Assembly (NCBI GenBank): GCA_963836285.1
Contig: CAWIIN010000002.1
Location: 2,016,021 to 2,080,020 of the forward strand
DNA from: an uncultured Acidobacteriota bacterium
Lineage (GTDB): Bacteria > Acidobacteriota > Thermoanaerobaculia > UBA5066
Direction: 5' to 3'
DNA length: 64,000 bases
In this document: piece by piece, positions 1 through 8,020 of the stretch
Layout of the letters: the number at the start of each line of letters is the position of its first letter
Position numbering within the stretch: the first letter of the stretch is position 1
Translations under genes and position numbers: made by a program
Notes under the pieces: generated by a model
Seen by the model: the letters and a program-made list of their open reading frames with translations, nothing else
Databases searched by the model: none
Told to the model about the DNA's origin: nothing

Positions 1-174
1 CGGGTCCGTCATGATCGTCGCCGGGTTGGAGTTCACGAGGACGACCCGGTACCCCTCGCGGCGCAGGGCGCGGCACGCCTGGGTCCCGGAGTAGTCGAAC
101 TCGCACGCCTGGCCGATCACGATCGGGCCCGAACCCAGCACGAGAATCGACTTGATGTCGGTCCGTTTCGGCAT
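1..174 (-). CDS. carB: Carbamoyl-phosphate synthase large subunit, N-terminus (runs off the window)
   Basis: Manual translation from ATG at 174: [58 protein letters not shown], the canonical CarB N-terminus. Not in the ORF track. Confidence 0.97.
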   Translation of the reverse strand, partial: MPKRTDIKSILVLGSGPIVIGQACEFDYSGTQACRALRREGYRVVLVNSNPATIMTDP

Positions 175-285
175 CGGTCGCGGAGTTTACGGGAAGCGAC
201 CGGCCCTCCGCTGGCGCGCCGCAGGCGCGCGAGATAGAGTCTCGCGAGAGCGAGAACCGAAGGAAGAGCAAGGAGATTTCTGCGA

Positions 286-1062
286 ATGAATAAGACGTTT
301 TTCCGAGCCTTCGGCGCGCTGGGCGTCGCGGCGGCATTCGTTTGCGCCGCGCCCTCCGCCCATTCATCTTCCAGGAAGAAAACGCCGACTCCCGCCGCCG
401 AGACGGCGTCCACGAAGACTGCCTCGTCCGACAAGGCCAAGACCGAGAAGGTCAACCTGAACACGGCCGACGAGAAGAACATCGCCGCCGCCAAGGGTGT
501 CGGCGCGAAGCTCGCGAAGGCGCTCGTGGCGGGCCGCCCCTACAAGACGTGGGACGACGTCTCGAAGGTCAAGGGCGTCGGCACGGGCAAGAAGCTCGAC
601 GCGCTCCGAAAGGTCCTGAAGCTCACGGAAGGGGTCGCCGCAAAGGACGAGACGGCCACGGAGACGAAGGCGAAGGGAAGGAAATCGAAGAGTTCTTCGA
701 AGGTGAAAGAGGCGGCGGCGTCCGCGGGGGGTGGCGCGGCGGCCGGTGACGCCGCTACGGGAAGCTCCGCCACCACGGACAGGGCGGCGGCATCGCCTTC
801 GCCCTCTTCACCCTCTAAGAGATCTTCCGCTTCCTCCTCTTCTTCTTCCGAGAAGCTCGCCCCCGGGACGAAGATCAACATCAACACGGCGTCCGCCGAG
901 GAGCTCGACAAGCTGCCCGAGATCGGCCCCGTGAAGGCGCAGGCGATCGTCGACTACCGCAAGGCCAACGGCCCCTTCGCGTCGCCCGAGGACATCGAGA
1001 AGGTCAGAGGCATCAAGGCGGGGACGTTCTCGAAGATCAGGGACTACATCGTCGTCCGGTGA
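286..1062 (+). CDS. comEA: ComEA-like helix-hairpin-helix DNA-binding protein with two HhH modules and a signal peptide
   Basis: KVNLNTA...KGVG and KININTASAEELDKLPEIGPVKAQAIVDYRKANGPFASPEDIEKVRGI, separated by a Ser/Ala/Lys-rich linker. Confidence 0.85.
   Translation: MNKTFFRAFGALGVAAAFVCAAPSAHSSSRKKTPTPAAETASTKTASSDKAKTEKVNLNTADEKNIAAAKGVGAKLAKALVAGRPYKTWDDVSKVKGVGTGKKLDALRKVLKLTEGVAAKDETATETKAKGRKSKSSSKVKEAAASAGGGAAAGDAATGSSATTDRAAASPSPSSPSKRSSASSSSSSEKLAPGTKININTASAEELDKLPEIGPVKAQAIVDYRKANGPFASPEDIEKVRGIKAGTFSKIRDYIVVR
687..828. repeat. Imperfect palindromic repeat, copy inside the comEA linker
   Basis: Left arm GAAGAGTTCTTCGAAGGTGAAAGAGG (687-712); right arm CCTCTTCACCCTCTAAGAGATCTTC (~803-827). 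Matches the arms at 3.56, 22.6, 23.2 and 27.1 kb. Confidence 0.65.
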
Positions 1063-1075
1063 GGGGGAGCCTGCC

Positions 1076-1486
1076 ATGGGCCTGATCGATGACGTCCTCA
1101 GGGGAGTGAGCGGAGCGTCCGGCGGCGCCGTGGACCCGTCGCACCACAGCCTCGCGACCGAGCTCATGGGCATCCTCTCGGGCGACGGGACGTCGAAGGG
1201 CCTCGGCGGGCTCGTCGAGATGTTCAACGAGAAGGGCCTCGGGGACGTCGTGAGCTCGTGGGTGTCCACGGGGAGGAACCTCCCGATCTCGGCGGAGCAG
1301 ATCCAGGCCGTGCTCGGAAGCGCGCAGGTTCAGGCCCTCGCGGCGAAGGCGGGGATCGATCCCTCGGCCGCGCGTGCGGCGATCGCCCGGATCCTCCCGC
1401 AGCTCGTGGACCGCTGCACGCCGAACGGCCAGATACCGGCCAGCGGCATCCTCGACACGATTTCGGGGTTCCTCCGGAAGACCTGA
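1076..1486 (+). CDS. YidB/DUF937-family protein
   Basis: GLGGLVEMFNEKGLGDVVSSWVSTGRNLPISAEQIQAVLG...LPQLVDRCTPNG pattern. Confidence 0.85.
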   Translation: MGLIDDVLRGVSGASGGAVDPSHHSLATELMGILSGDGTSKGLGGLVEMFNEKGLGDVVSSWVSTGRNLPISAEQIQAVLGSAQVQALAAKAGIDPSAARAAIARILPQLVDRCTPNGQIPASGILDTISGFLRKT

Positions 1487-1489
1487 AGC

Positions 1490-2113
1490 CTAGAACGTCC
1501 TCGAATACACGTACGTGAAGGCGGACACCTTGCACCGGCGCACGGGCGGCTGGAACTTCACGGTCATGACCTCTGCCTTGACGGCCTCGGCACGCTCCTC
1601 GGACCCCGTCTCGTTCGTGACGACGCGGACGGTCTTCACGGCGCCCGACTCGTCGATGTCCGCCTCCACGACGACCTTACCCTTCGGTCCGGGCGCGTCG
1701 CTCATCCGGAGCATCGGGGGCTCGAGCAGGACTTCCTTGCGGTCCGGGAGACAGCCGTCGTCCTTCCGGAGGAGGTCCTTCCGGATCCACCCGGTGCGTG
1801 TGTCGGGGAGCCTCACGCGAACCCATCCCTCCCTTTCTTCGAATGACGTCAGGCGGGAGCCCTTCGTCGCCTTCGCAACCGTCCTGGCCCTCGTCGACGG
1901 CGTATCCCGCACGTTCACCGTTCTCGGAACGATCCAGGGGACCTCCACGGCCTGAGGAGCGGGCGGCTCCTCGGCGGCCTGCGCGGGCTCCGGAGCCGGA
2001 GCCGGCGGCGGCGCCGAGGCGCAGCCGCCCAGTCCGGCGAGAAGGGCAAGGGCGGCGGCGGCCGCGCCGACGCGCCGCGCGACCTCGGCGATGCGCGGAT
2101 CCTGGAGACGCAT
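1490..2113 (-). CDS. Lipoprotein with a bacterial SH3 domain and TonB C-terminal-like domain
   Basis: C-terminal 208 codons of ORF 1490..3643: lipobox LAGLGGC, SH3 (VNVRDTPS...GWVRVRLPDTRTGWI), TonB_C-like (GKVVVEADIDESGAVKTVRV). ATG at 2113. Confidence 0.75.
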   Translation of the reverse strand: MRLQDPRIAEVARRVGAAAAALALLAGLGGCASAPPPAPAPEPAQAAEEPPAPQAVEVPWIVPRTVNVRDTPSTRARTVAKATKGSRLTSFEEREGWVRVRLPDTRTGWIRKDLLRKDDGCLPDRKEVLLEPPMLRMSDAPGPKGKVVVEADIDESGAVKTVRVVTNETGSEERAEAVKAEVMTVKFQPPVRRCKVSAFTYVYSRTF

Positions 2114-2158
2114 CCGCGGATCGTACCGCGGCGCCGCGAGCGGTACGATCCGCGCTCC

Positions 2159-3532
2159 ATGTCCGTGAGAGTCTCGATCCACAAGTTCGGCGGCACCTCG
2201 CTCGGCGACGCCGACCGCATCCGCAACGCCGCCCGCCTCCTCGCCGCTGCGCGGAAGAGAGGCCGTGTCGTCGCCGTCGCGTCCGCGATGGGTGGCGTGA
2301 CGGACGTCCTCCTCGCGGCCGCCCGCGAGGCCGAGCGGGGGCGCGGCGGGCCCGCCCGCGCCGCCGTCGAGACGCTGCGCGAGCGCCACGCGTCCGCGGC
2401 GCTCGCGCTCGGCGTGCGCTTCGACGCCGGGCCCCTCCGCGAGCTCTCTGCCGTTCTCGAAGGGGTCGCCCTCCTCCGCGAGCGGACCGCGCGCGTCACG
2501 GACCTCGTCTCCTCCTTCGGCGAGCGGCTCTCGGCGCCGCTCCTCGCCGCGACGCTCGTGAAGGCGGGGGTCCCGGCGCGCGCCGTGGACGCCCGCGAGC
2601 TGCTCGTGACGGACGATCGCCACGGTGCCGCGACGTGCGACCGCGCGAAGAGCGACCCGCGCGTACGGCGCCGCCTGCGGCCGCTCCTTTCGGGCGGCGT
2701 CCTGCCCGTCGTGACGGGTTTCATCGCGAGGAGCGCACAGGGCGAGACGACGACGCTCGGCCGCTCCGGCTCCGACACGACGGCCGCGCTCCTCGGCGCG
2801 GCGCTCGCGGCGAAGGAGGTCGTGATCTGGACCGATGTGGACGGCGTCCTCTCGGCGGACCCGCGCCTCGTGCCGGGCGCGAGGCTGCTCCGGCGCCTCT
2901 CCTACCGCGAGGCCGCGGAGATGACGTACTTCGGAGCGAAGGTCCTCCATTTCCCCGCGGTGCTGCCGGCGATCGCCGAGGGGATCCCGCTCGTGATCCG
3001 CAACTCGTTCCGGCCGGAACGGCCCGGCACGACGATCGCGGCCAAGGGGGACGGGGCCCGCGGGGTCCGCGCGGTGACGGCGATCTCCGGGATGTGCCTG
3101 CTCTCGCTCGACGGGAAGGGCATGACCGGAATTCCCGGCATCGCCGCGCGCGTCTTCGGGGCGACGGCGCGGCTCGGCGTCTCGGTCGTCATGTTCTCGC
3201 AGGCTTCGTCGGAGCAGAACATCGCGCTCGTCATCCCCGAGGGCGACCGCGCGCGCACGGTCGCGGCCCTCGAGCAGGAATTCCGGTTCGAGCGGCTCAC
3301 CGGCGGAATCGACGCCGTCACCGCGCGCACCCCGATCGCGGTCGTCGCCGCCGTCGGAGACGGTATGCGCGGGACGCCCGGAATCGCCGCGAAGGTCTTC
3401 GCGGCGGTCGCGCGGGCGAGCGTCAACGTCGAGGCGATTGCGCAGGGAAGCTCCGAGTGCAACATTAGTTTTGCGGTGGCGGGACAGGACCGGGAGATGG
3501 CCGTGAAGGCCCTCCATCGCGTGGTCGTGTGA
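2159..3532 (+). CDS. Aspartate kinase with two ACT domains and no fused homoserine dehydrogenase
   Basis: HKFGGTS, SFGERLS, TTTLGRSGSDTTA, IWTDVDGV, SYREAAEM, QGSSECNIS. Confidence 0.95.
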   Translation: MSVRVSIHKFGGTSLGDADRIRNAARLLAAARKRGRVVAVASAMGGVTDVLLAAAREAERGRGGPARAAVETLRERHASAALALGVRFDAGPLRELSAVLEGVALLRERTARVTDLVSSFGERLSAPLLAATLVKAGVPARAVDARELLVTDDRHGAATCDRAKSDPRVRRRLRPLLSGGVLPVVTGFIARSAQGETTTLGRSGSDTTAALLGAALAAKEVVIWTDVDGVLSADPRLVPGARLLRRLSYREAAEMTYFGAKVLHFPAVLPAIAEGIPLVIRNSFRPERPGTTIAAKGDGARGVRAVTAISGMCLLSLDGKGMTGIPGIAARVFGATARLGVSVVMFSQASSEQNIALVIPEGDRARTVAALEQEFRFERLTGGIDAVTARTPIAVVAAVGDGMRGTPGIAAKVFAAVARASVNVEAIAQGSSECNISFAVAGQDREMAVKALHRVVV

Positions 3533-4632
3533 GCCGCGCCCGCATGGAAGAAGAAGAAGAGAAGAAGAATCTCCTAGAAGGTAAGAGGGGCCGGGAGAGG
3601 GATCGGTCCACTCCGCGCGGGGCGCGCCCCGTGCGCTCTTCACCTTCTCAGAAAATCTTCTCTGCCTCTTCTGCTCTTTCTTCTTTTTCCGCTTCCGTCA
3701 CCGTCTTCGCCCCCGCGTCCGTCGCGAACTTCGGCGTCGGGTACGACGTCCTCGGCGCCGCGCTCGACGGGCCGGGCGACGTCGTCCGCGCCCGCCTGAC
3801 CCGCGAGCCGGGCGTGCGGCTCCTCGCCGTCACGGGCGACGGTGGGCGGCTGCCGCGCTCGGCGCGCCGCAACACGGCCGCCGTCGCCGCCGCCGCGGTC
3901 CTCGGGGGCGCGGGGGAGCGGCGCCGGGGCATCGAGTTGACGCTCGAAAAAGGCCTCCCGCTCTCGAGCGGCATGGGCTCGTCCGCGTCCTCGGCGGCGG
4001 CGGGCGCGCTCGCGGCGGGCCTTCTCCTGGGAATCACCGACCGCGCGTCGCTCCTGCGGCCCGCGCTTCTCGGCGAGCACGTCGCGGACGGCGCCTGGCA
4101 CGGCGACAACGTCTTCGCCTCTCTCCTCGGCGGCCTCGTCCTCGTGCCGTCCTCCGATCCCGAGGGGCCGCTGTCTCCGCTCCGGCTCCGGGTGCCGACG
4201 CGTCTGCGCCTCGTCCTCGTGCACCCCGCCCTCGAGCTCCCCACGCGCCGCGCCCGGGCCGTCGTGCCGCGCTCCGTGCCGATGGCGAGCCACTCCGCGC
4301 ACGCCGCGGCTCTCGCGGTCCTCGTGGCCGGCCTCGCGGCGGGCGACCTCGCGCGCGCCGGCCGCGCGCTCCTGGAGGACCGTCTCGTCGACCCCGCGCG
4401 CCTGCCGCTCGTCCCGGGCGCACCCGCCGTGCGCGACGCGATCCTCGGCGCGGGTGCCCACGGGGCCTGCCTCGCGGGCGCCGGCCCGTCGCTCCTCGCG
4501 CTCACGGAGGAGGGACCCGTCCCCGGGCGCATCGCGCGCGCGGCCGAGACCGCCTGGCGGCGCGCGGGGATCACGGCGCGCGCGTCCGTCCACCGCCTCG
4601 ACACGCGGGGCGCGCGCCGCGTCCGCTCATAA
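3529..4632 (+). CDS. thrB: Homoserine kinase with an atypical N-terminal extension
   Basis: APASVANFGVGYDVLG, GHMP motif KGLPLSSGMGSSASS, HGDNV, AGAGPS. GTG start overlaps the aspartate kinase stop (GTGA). Confidence 0.92.
   Translation: MSRARMEEEEEKKNLLEGKRGRERDRSTPRGARPVRSSPSQKIFSASSALSSFSASVTVFAPASVANFGVGYDVLGAALDGPGDVVRARLTREPGVRLLAVTGDGGRLPRSARRNTAAVAAAAVLGGAGERRRGIELTLEKGLPLSSGMGSSASSAAAGALAAGLLLGITDRASLLRPALLGEHVADGAWHGDNVFASLLGGLVLVPSSDPEGPLSPLRLRVPTRLRLVLVHPALELPTRRARAVVPRSVPMASHSAHAAALAVLVAGLAAGDLARAGRALLEDRLVDPARLPLVPGAPAVRDAILGAGAHGACLAGAGPSLLALTEEGPVPGRIARAAETAWRRAGITARASVHRLDTRGARRVRS
3547..3690. repeat. Imperfect palindromic repeat, copy at the thrB 5' end
   Basis: Purine run plus GAAGAATCTCCTAGAAGGTAAGAGG ... 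GCTCTTCACCTTCTCAGAAAATCTTC plus pyrimidine run. Confidence 0.75.
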
Positions 4633-4639
4633 TCGCCCG

Positions 4640-5944
4640 ATGGCCGCCCCGAGAGTCGCCGCCCTCTTTCGCTGCCTCGGGTGCGGAGCGGAGTTCCCTC
4701 TTGTCGAGCCACGAACGGCCTGCGCTTCGTGCGGCGAGCTCCTGGACGTCGTGCCCGACCTCGGGGCCTTCGGATTTTCGGGCGCGGCCTGGCGGGACCT
4801 CTTCGACCGCAGGCGTGCCGCCCCGGCCTCGCCCGAGACGCGCGCGTTCGAGCGGAGCGGCGTGTGGCGCTACCGCGAGCACGTCCTCCCGGGCCTCGAC
4901 ACGGAGGCGCTCGTGAGCAAGCCGGAAGGCGTGACGCGACTCTACGCGGGTGGCGCGCTCGGCGACGAGCTCGGTCTCGCGCGCCTCTTCGTGAAGCACG
5001 AGGGGGAGAATCCGACGCTCTCCTTCAAGGACCGCGGGATGGCGGCGGGCGTCACGTGGGCGAAGGCCTGCGGCTTCCCGGTCGTCGGCTGCGCCTCGAC
5101 GGGCGACACGTCCGCGGCGCTCGCGGCGTACGCCGCCGAGGTCCCGGCCATGCGGGCCGTCGTCCTGCTCCCGCACGCGAAGATCACGGACGAGCAGCTC
5201 TCCCAGGCTCTCGCCTACGGCGCGACGACCCTCGGCCTCGACACGGACTTCGACGGCTGCATGAGGATCGTCGCCGCGCTCGCGGACGAGGGGCGGGTCT
5301 ACCTCCTGAACAGCAAGAACCCCGTGCGCCTCGAGGGGCAGAAGACGATCGGCTTCGAGGCGATCCACGATCTCGGCTGGACGGTGCCGGACTGGTTCGT
5401 CGTGCCCGTGGGCAACGCGGGAAACGTCTCGGCGATCGGAAAGGGCCTGCGCGAGTGGCTCTCGCTCGGCATCCTCGACAAAAAGCCGCGGATCGCGGGC
5501 GTCCAGTCCGACGCCGCGGATCCGTTCTACCTGTCCTACCGGGGCGGATTCGCCGAGCGGGTCACGCGCGTCGCGGGCGACACGGCGGCCTCCGCGATCC
5601 GGATCGGGGCCCCCGTCTCGCATCCGAAGGCGCGCCGCGAGGTCGGCTTCTTCGACGGCGTCGTCGAGCGCGTGACCGAGGCCGAGCTGCTCGACGCGTT
5701 CGCCCTGGCGAACCGGCACGGCCTCGCGATCTGCCCGAACTCCGCCGTGGCGCTCGCGGGCGCTGCAAAACTCCGGAAGGAAGGCGTCATCAAGAAAGGC
5801 GACCTCGTCGTCGTCGTCGCGACGGCGCATGCGCTCAAGTTCTCGGGCGCGATGGCCGCCTATCAGCGGAGCGCGGGCCGCCTGGCGAACCCGCCGCGGC
5901 GCGTTCCCGCGACGCTGGACGCGGTCCGTGCCGCGCTCGTCTGA
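4640..5944 (+). CDS. thrC: Threonine synthase
   Basis: N-terminal Zn-ribbon CxxC pairs, ENPTLSFKDRG (PLP lysine), CASTGDTSAA, RLEGQKT, PVGNAGN. ATG at 4640. Confidence 0.95.
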   Translation: MAAPRVAALFRCLGCGAEFPLVEPRTACASCGELLDVVPDLGAFGFSGAAWRDLFDRRRAAPASPETRAFERSGVWRYREHVLPGLDTEALVSKPEGVTRLYAGGALGDELGLARLFVKHEGENPTLSFKDRGMAAGVTWAKACGFPVVGCASTGDTSAALAAYAAEVPAMRAVVLLPHAKITDEQLSQALAYGATTLGLDTDFDGCMRIVAALADEGRVYLLNSKNPVRLEGQKTIGFEAIHDLGWTVPDWFVVPVGNAGNVSAIGKGLREWLSLGILDKKPRIAGVQSDAADPFYLSYRGGFAERVTRVAGDTAASAIRIGAPVSHPKARREVGFFDGVVERVTEAELLDAFALANRHGLAICPNSAVALAGAAKLRKEGVIKKGDLVVVVATAHALKFSGAMAAYQRSAGRLANPPRRVPATLDAVRAALV

Positions 5945-5954
5945 GCCCGCCGGC

Positions 5955-6683
5955 TCAGCTCCCCGGGGGCTGGTTCTCGTGCGGGCCGCCGCTCCGGATG
6001 AGCATGAGCGTCGTCGTGCCGATCTCGAACTCCGTGCGGCTCTCGAGCTCGGTCCGGCCGACCCGCTGATCGTAGACGTACGTGCCGTTCGTCGAGCCGA
6101 GGTCGACGAGGAACACGTGCTCGTCCTGGACTTCGATCGCGGCGTGCTGGCGCGAGCACTGGATGTCCGAGACGACGATGTCCGCGTTCGCACGGCCGAT
6201 CACGACCCGCGGCTTGTCGATCTCGAAGATGCGGCCCGAATCCGGCCCCGAGATGCACGCGAGGGACAGGCGCACTCCGTCGGGCAGGCGGAGGGGCCGG
6301 GCCATGCTCCGCGTGTTCGGCTGGATCGGTACGCGGTCCGTCGTCCGGGCCTGCCCGCCGGCGGGCGGAGGTCCCGACGGGCCGGCCGTATCACCCGGGT
6401 CGGTGGACGTGAGCATCCCGGACCGCGCGGGCCCTCCGGGAATCTTCCCGGCCTGACGCCTCTTGCTCGCCTCGGTCATGGCCGTCTCGTCCAGCGAGAA
6501 CTCGTCGGGGCCGATCGAATTCGGGCGCGCCGGCACCGTCGCTCCCGGGAACGCCATCGCCGGATTCCGGATCTCGAAGACGTTCGCACACTTCGTGCAC
6601 TTGATGCGTTTCGCGGGGGCGCCGGCGAAACGCGTCTCGTCGTAGTGGTAGCGCGCCTGGCATGCCGTGCACTGGATGATCAC
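5955..6683 (-). CDS. Zinc-ribbon (MJ0042-type) plus FHA domain protein
   Basis: VIIQCTACQARY...IKCTKCANVF and FHA motifs IGR, SRQHA, DLGSTNGT. GTG at 6683. Confidence 0.88.
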   Translation of the reverse strand: MIIQCTACQARYHYDETRFAGAPAKRIKCTKCANVFEIRNPAMAFPGATVPARPNSIGPDEFSLDETAMTEASKRRQAGKIPGGPARSGMLTSTDPGDTAGPSGPPPAGGQARTTDRVPIQPNTRSMARPLRLPDGVRLSLACISGPDSGRIFEIDKPRVVIGRANADIVVSDIQCSRQHAAIEVQDEHVFLVDLGSTNGTYVYDQRVGRTELESRTEFEIGTTTLMLIRSGGPHENQPPGS

Positions 6684-6744
6684 GCGATGGTGCTGTCTCC
6701 GGGCCGATTTTAGCCGGGATTCGCTTGGCGCGCCCGATCGGCGC

Positions 6745-7926
6745 TCAGGAGCGGCTCGCGAGGCGCGTGCGCGCGACCATCCGGGGAATCGTCTCGAGGA
6801 GGCGCTCGACGTCCTTCTCGGAGGTCGCGCGCCCGAACGAGATGCGCAGCGTCGCCTTCGCGTCGGCCGGGGAGAGGCCGAGAGCGAGGAGGACGCGGCT
6901 CGGGGCCGTCGCCCCGGCGTGACAGGCCGAGCCGGCCGAGACGGCGATTCCCTCGAGGTCGAGAGCCGCCACGAGAAGCTCGGCCGGGGCGTCGGGGAAG
7001 ACGACCGACACCGCCGTCGGGAGCCGCGCGCCGTCCGCCGCGTTGATCCTTGCGCCGGGCACCTCCCCGAGGAGGCCCTCCTCGAGCCGGTCCCGCAGGG
7101 CCGCCACCCGCGCGCCCTCGTCGGCGAGCCGCGGGCGGGCGACCCGCGCGGCCTCACCGAGCCCGACGATCGCCGCGACGTTCTCCGTCCCGCCGCGCCG
7201 GCCGCGCTCCTGGCCGCCGCCGGGCGCGAGCGCGAGGATCCGGACCCCCTCCCGGACCCAGAGGGCTCCCGCTCCCTTCGGGCCGCCAAACTTGTGCGCC
7301 GAAAGAGAGAGGAGGTCGACTCCGAGCGCGCACACGTCCACGGGGATCTTGCCGACCGCCTGGACGGCGTCCGTGTGGACGAGAGCCCCCGCCCCGCGGG
7401 CCGGGGCTGCGAACGCGGGAAGGCCGTCGAAGACCGCGCCCGTTTCGTTGTTCGCGAGAACCACCGAGACGAGAGCCGTGCTCGTGCCGGCCGGTGCCGG
7501 CCCTCGTGGAACTCCACGGGAGTTCACCGGGATCTCGGCGACCTCGAAGCCCTCGGATGCGAGCCCGAGCGCCGCTTCGCGGACGGCGGCGTGCTCGGCG
7601 GCCGTGTAGAAGACGCCGAGCCGCGACGCATCCGCCTCGTGCGCCGCGCGGGCGCCCCCGCGCACGGCGAGGCTGTCTGCCTCGGTCCCGCCGCTCGTGA
7701 ACACGACGCCCCTCGGGTCGGCGTTCAGGAGCCGGGCCACCTCCTCGCGCGCCCGCTCGACGGCTGCCCGGGCGGCGCGTCCCGGGCCGTGGACGGACGA
7801 GGGATTCCCGGCGAGGCCGGCGAGCCACGGACGCATCGCCTCGAAGACCGCCGTGTCGAGGTGGGTGGTCGCGTGGTGATCGGCGTAAACCGGAGCGCGC
7901 TCGTCCAGAAAGAGCCTCGGTCGCAT
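6745..7926 (-). CDS. iscS: Cysteine desulfurase, IscS/NifS type
   Basis: YADHHATT, GNPSSVH, FTSGGTE, HTDAVQ, SAHKFGGPKG, SAGSAC (catalytic Cys), LRISFGR. Confidence 0.92.
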   Translation of the reverse strand: MRPRLFLDERAPVYADHHATTHLDTAVFEAMRPWLAGLAGNPSSVHGPGRAARAAVERAREEVARLLNADPRGVVFTSGGTEADSLAVRGGARAAHEADASRLGVFYTAAEHAAVREAALGLASEGFEVAEIPVNSRGVPRGPAPAGTSTALVSVVLANNETGAVFDGLPAFAAPARGAGALVHTDAVQAVGKIPVDVCALGVDLLSLSAHKFGGPKGAGALWVREGVRILALAPGGGQERGRRGGTENVAAIVGLGEAARVARPRLADEGARVAALRDRLEEGLLGEVPGARINAADGARLPTAVSVVFPDAPAELLVAALDLEGIAVSAGSACHAGATAPSRVLLALGLSPADAKATLRISFGRATSEKDVERLLETIPRMVARTRLASRS

Positions 7927-8020
7927 TCTAAGAGGGACGAAACCCAAATTCCCGTCGCCTGCGTACGACGGAGAGGACGGAAGGGGCTGGAATCCCTCTT
8001 GCAGTTATGGTGGCGGGGAG

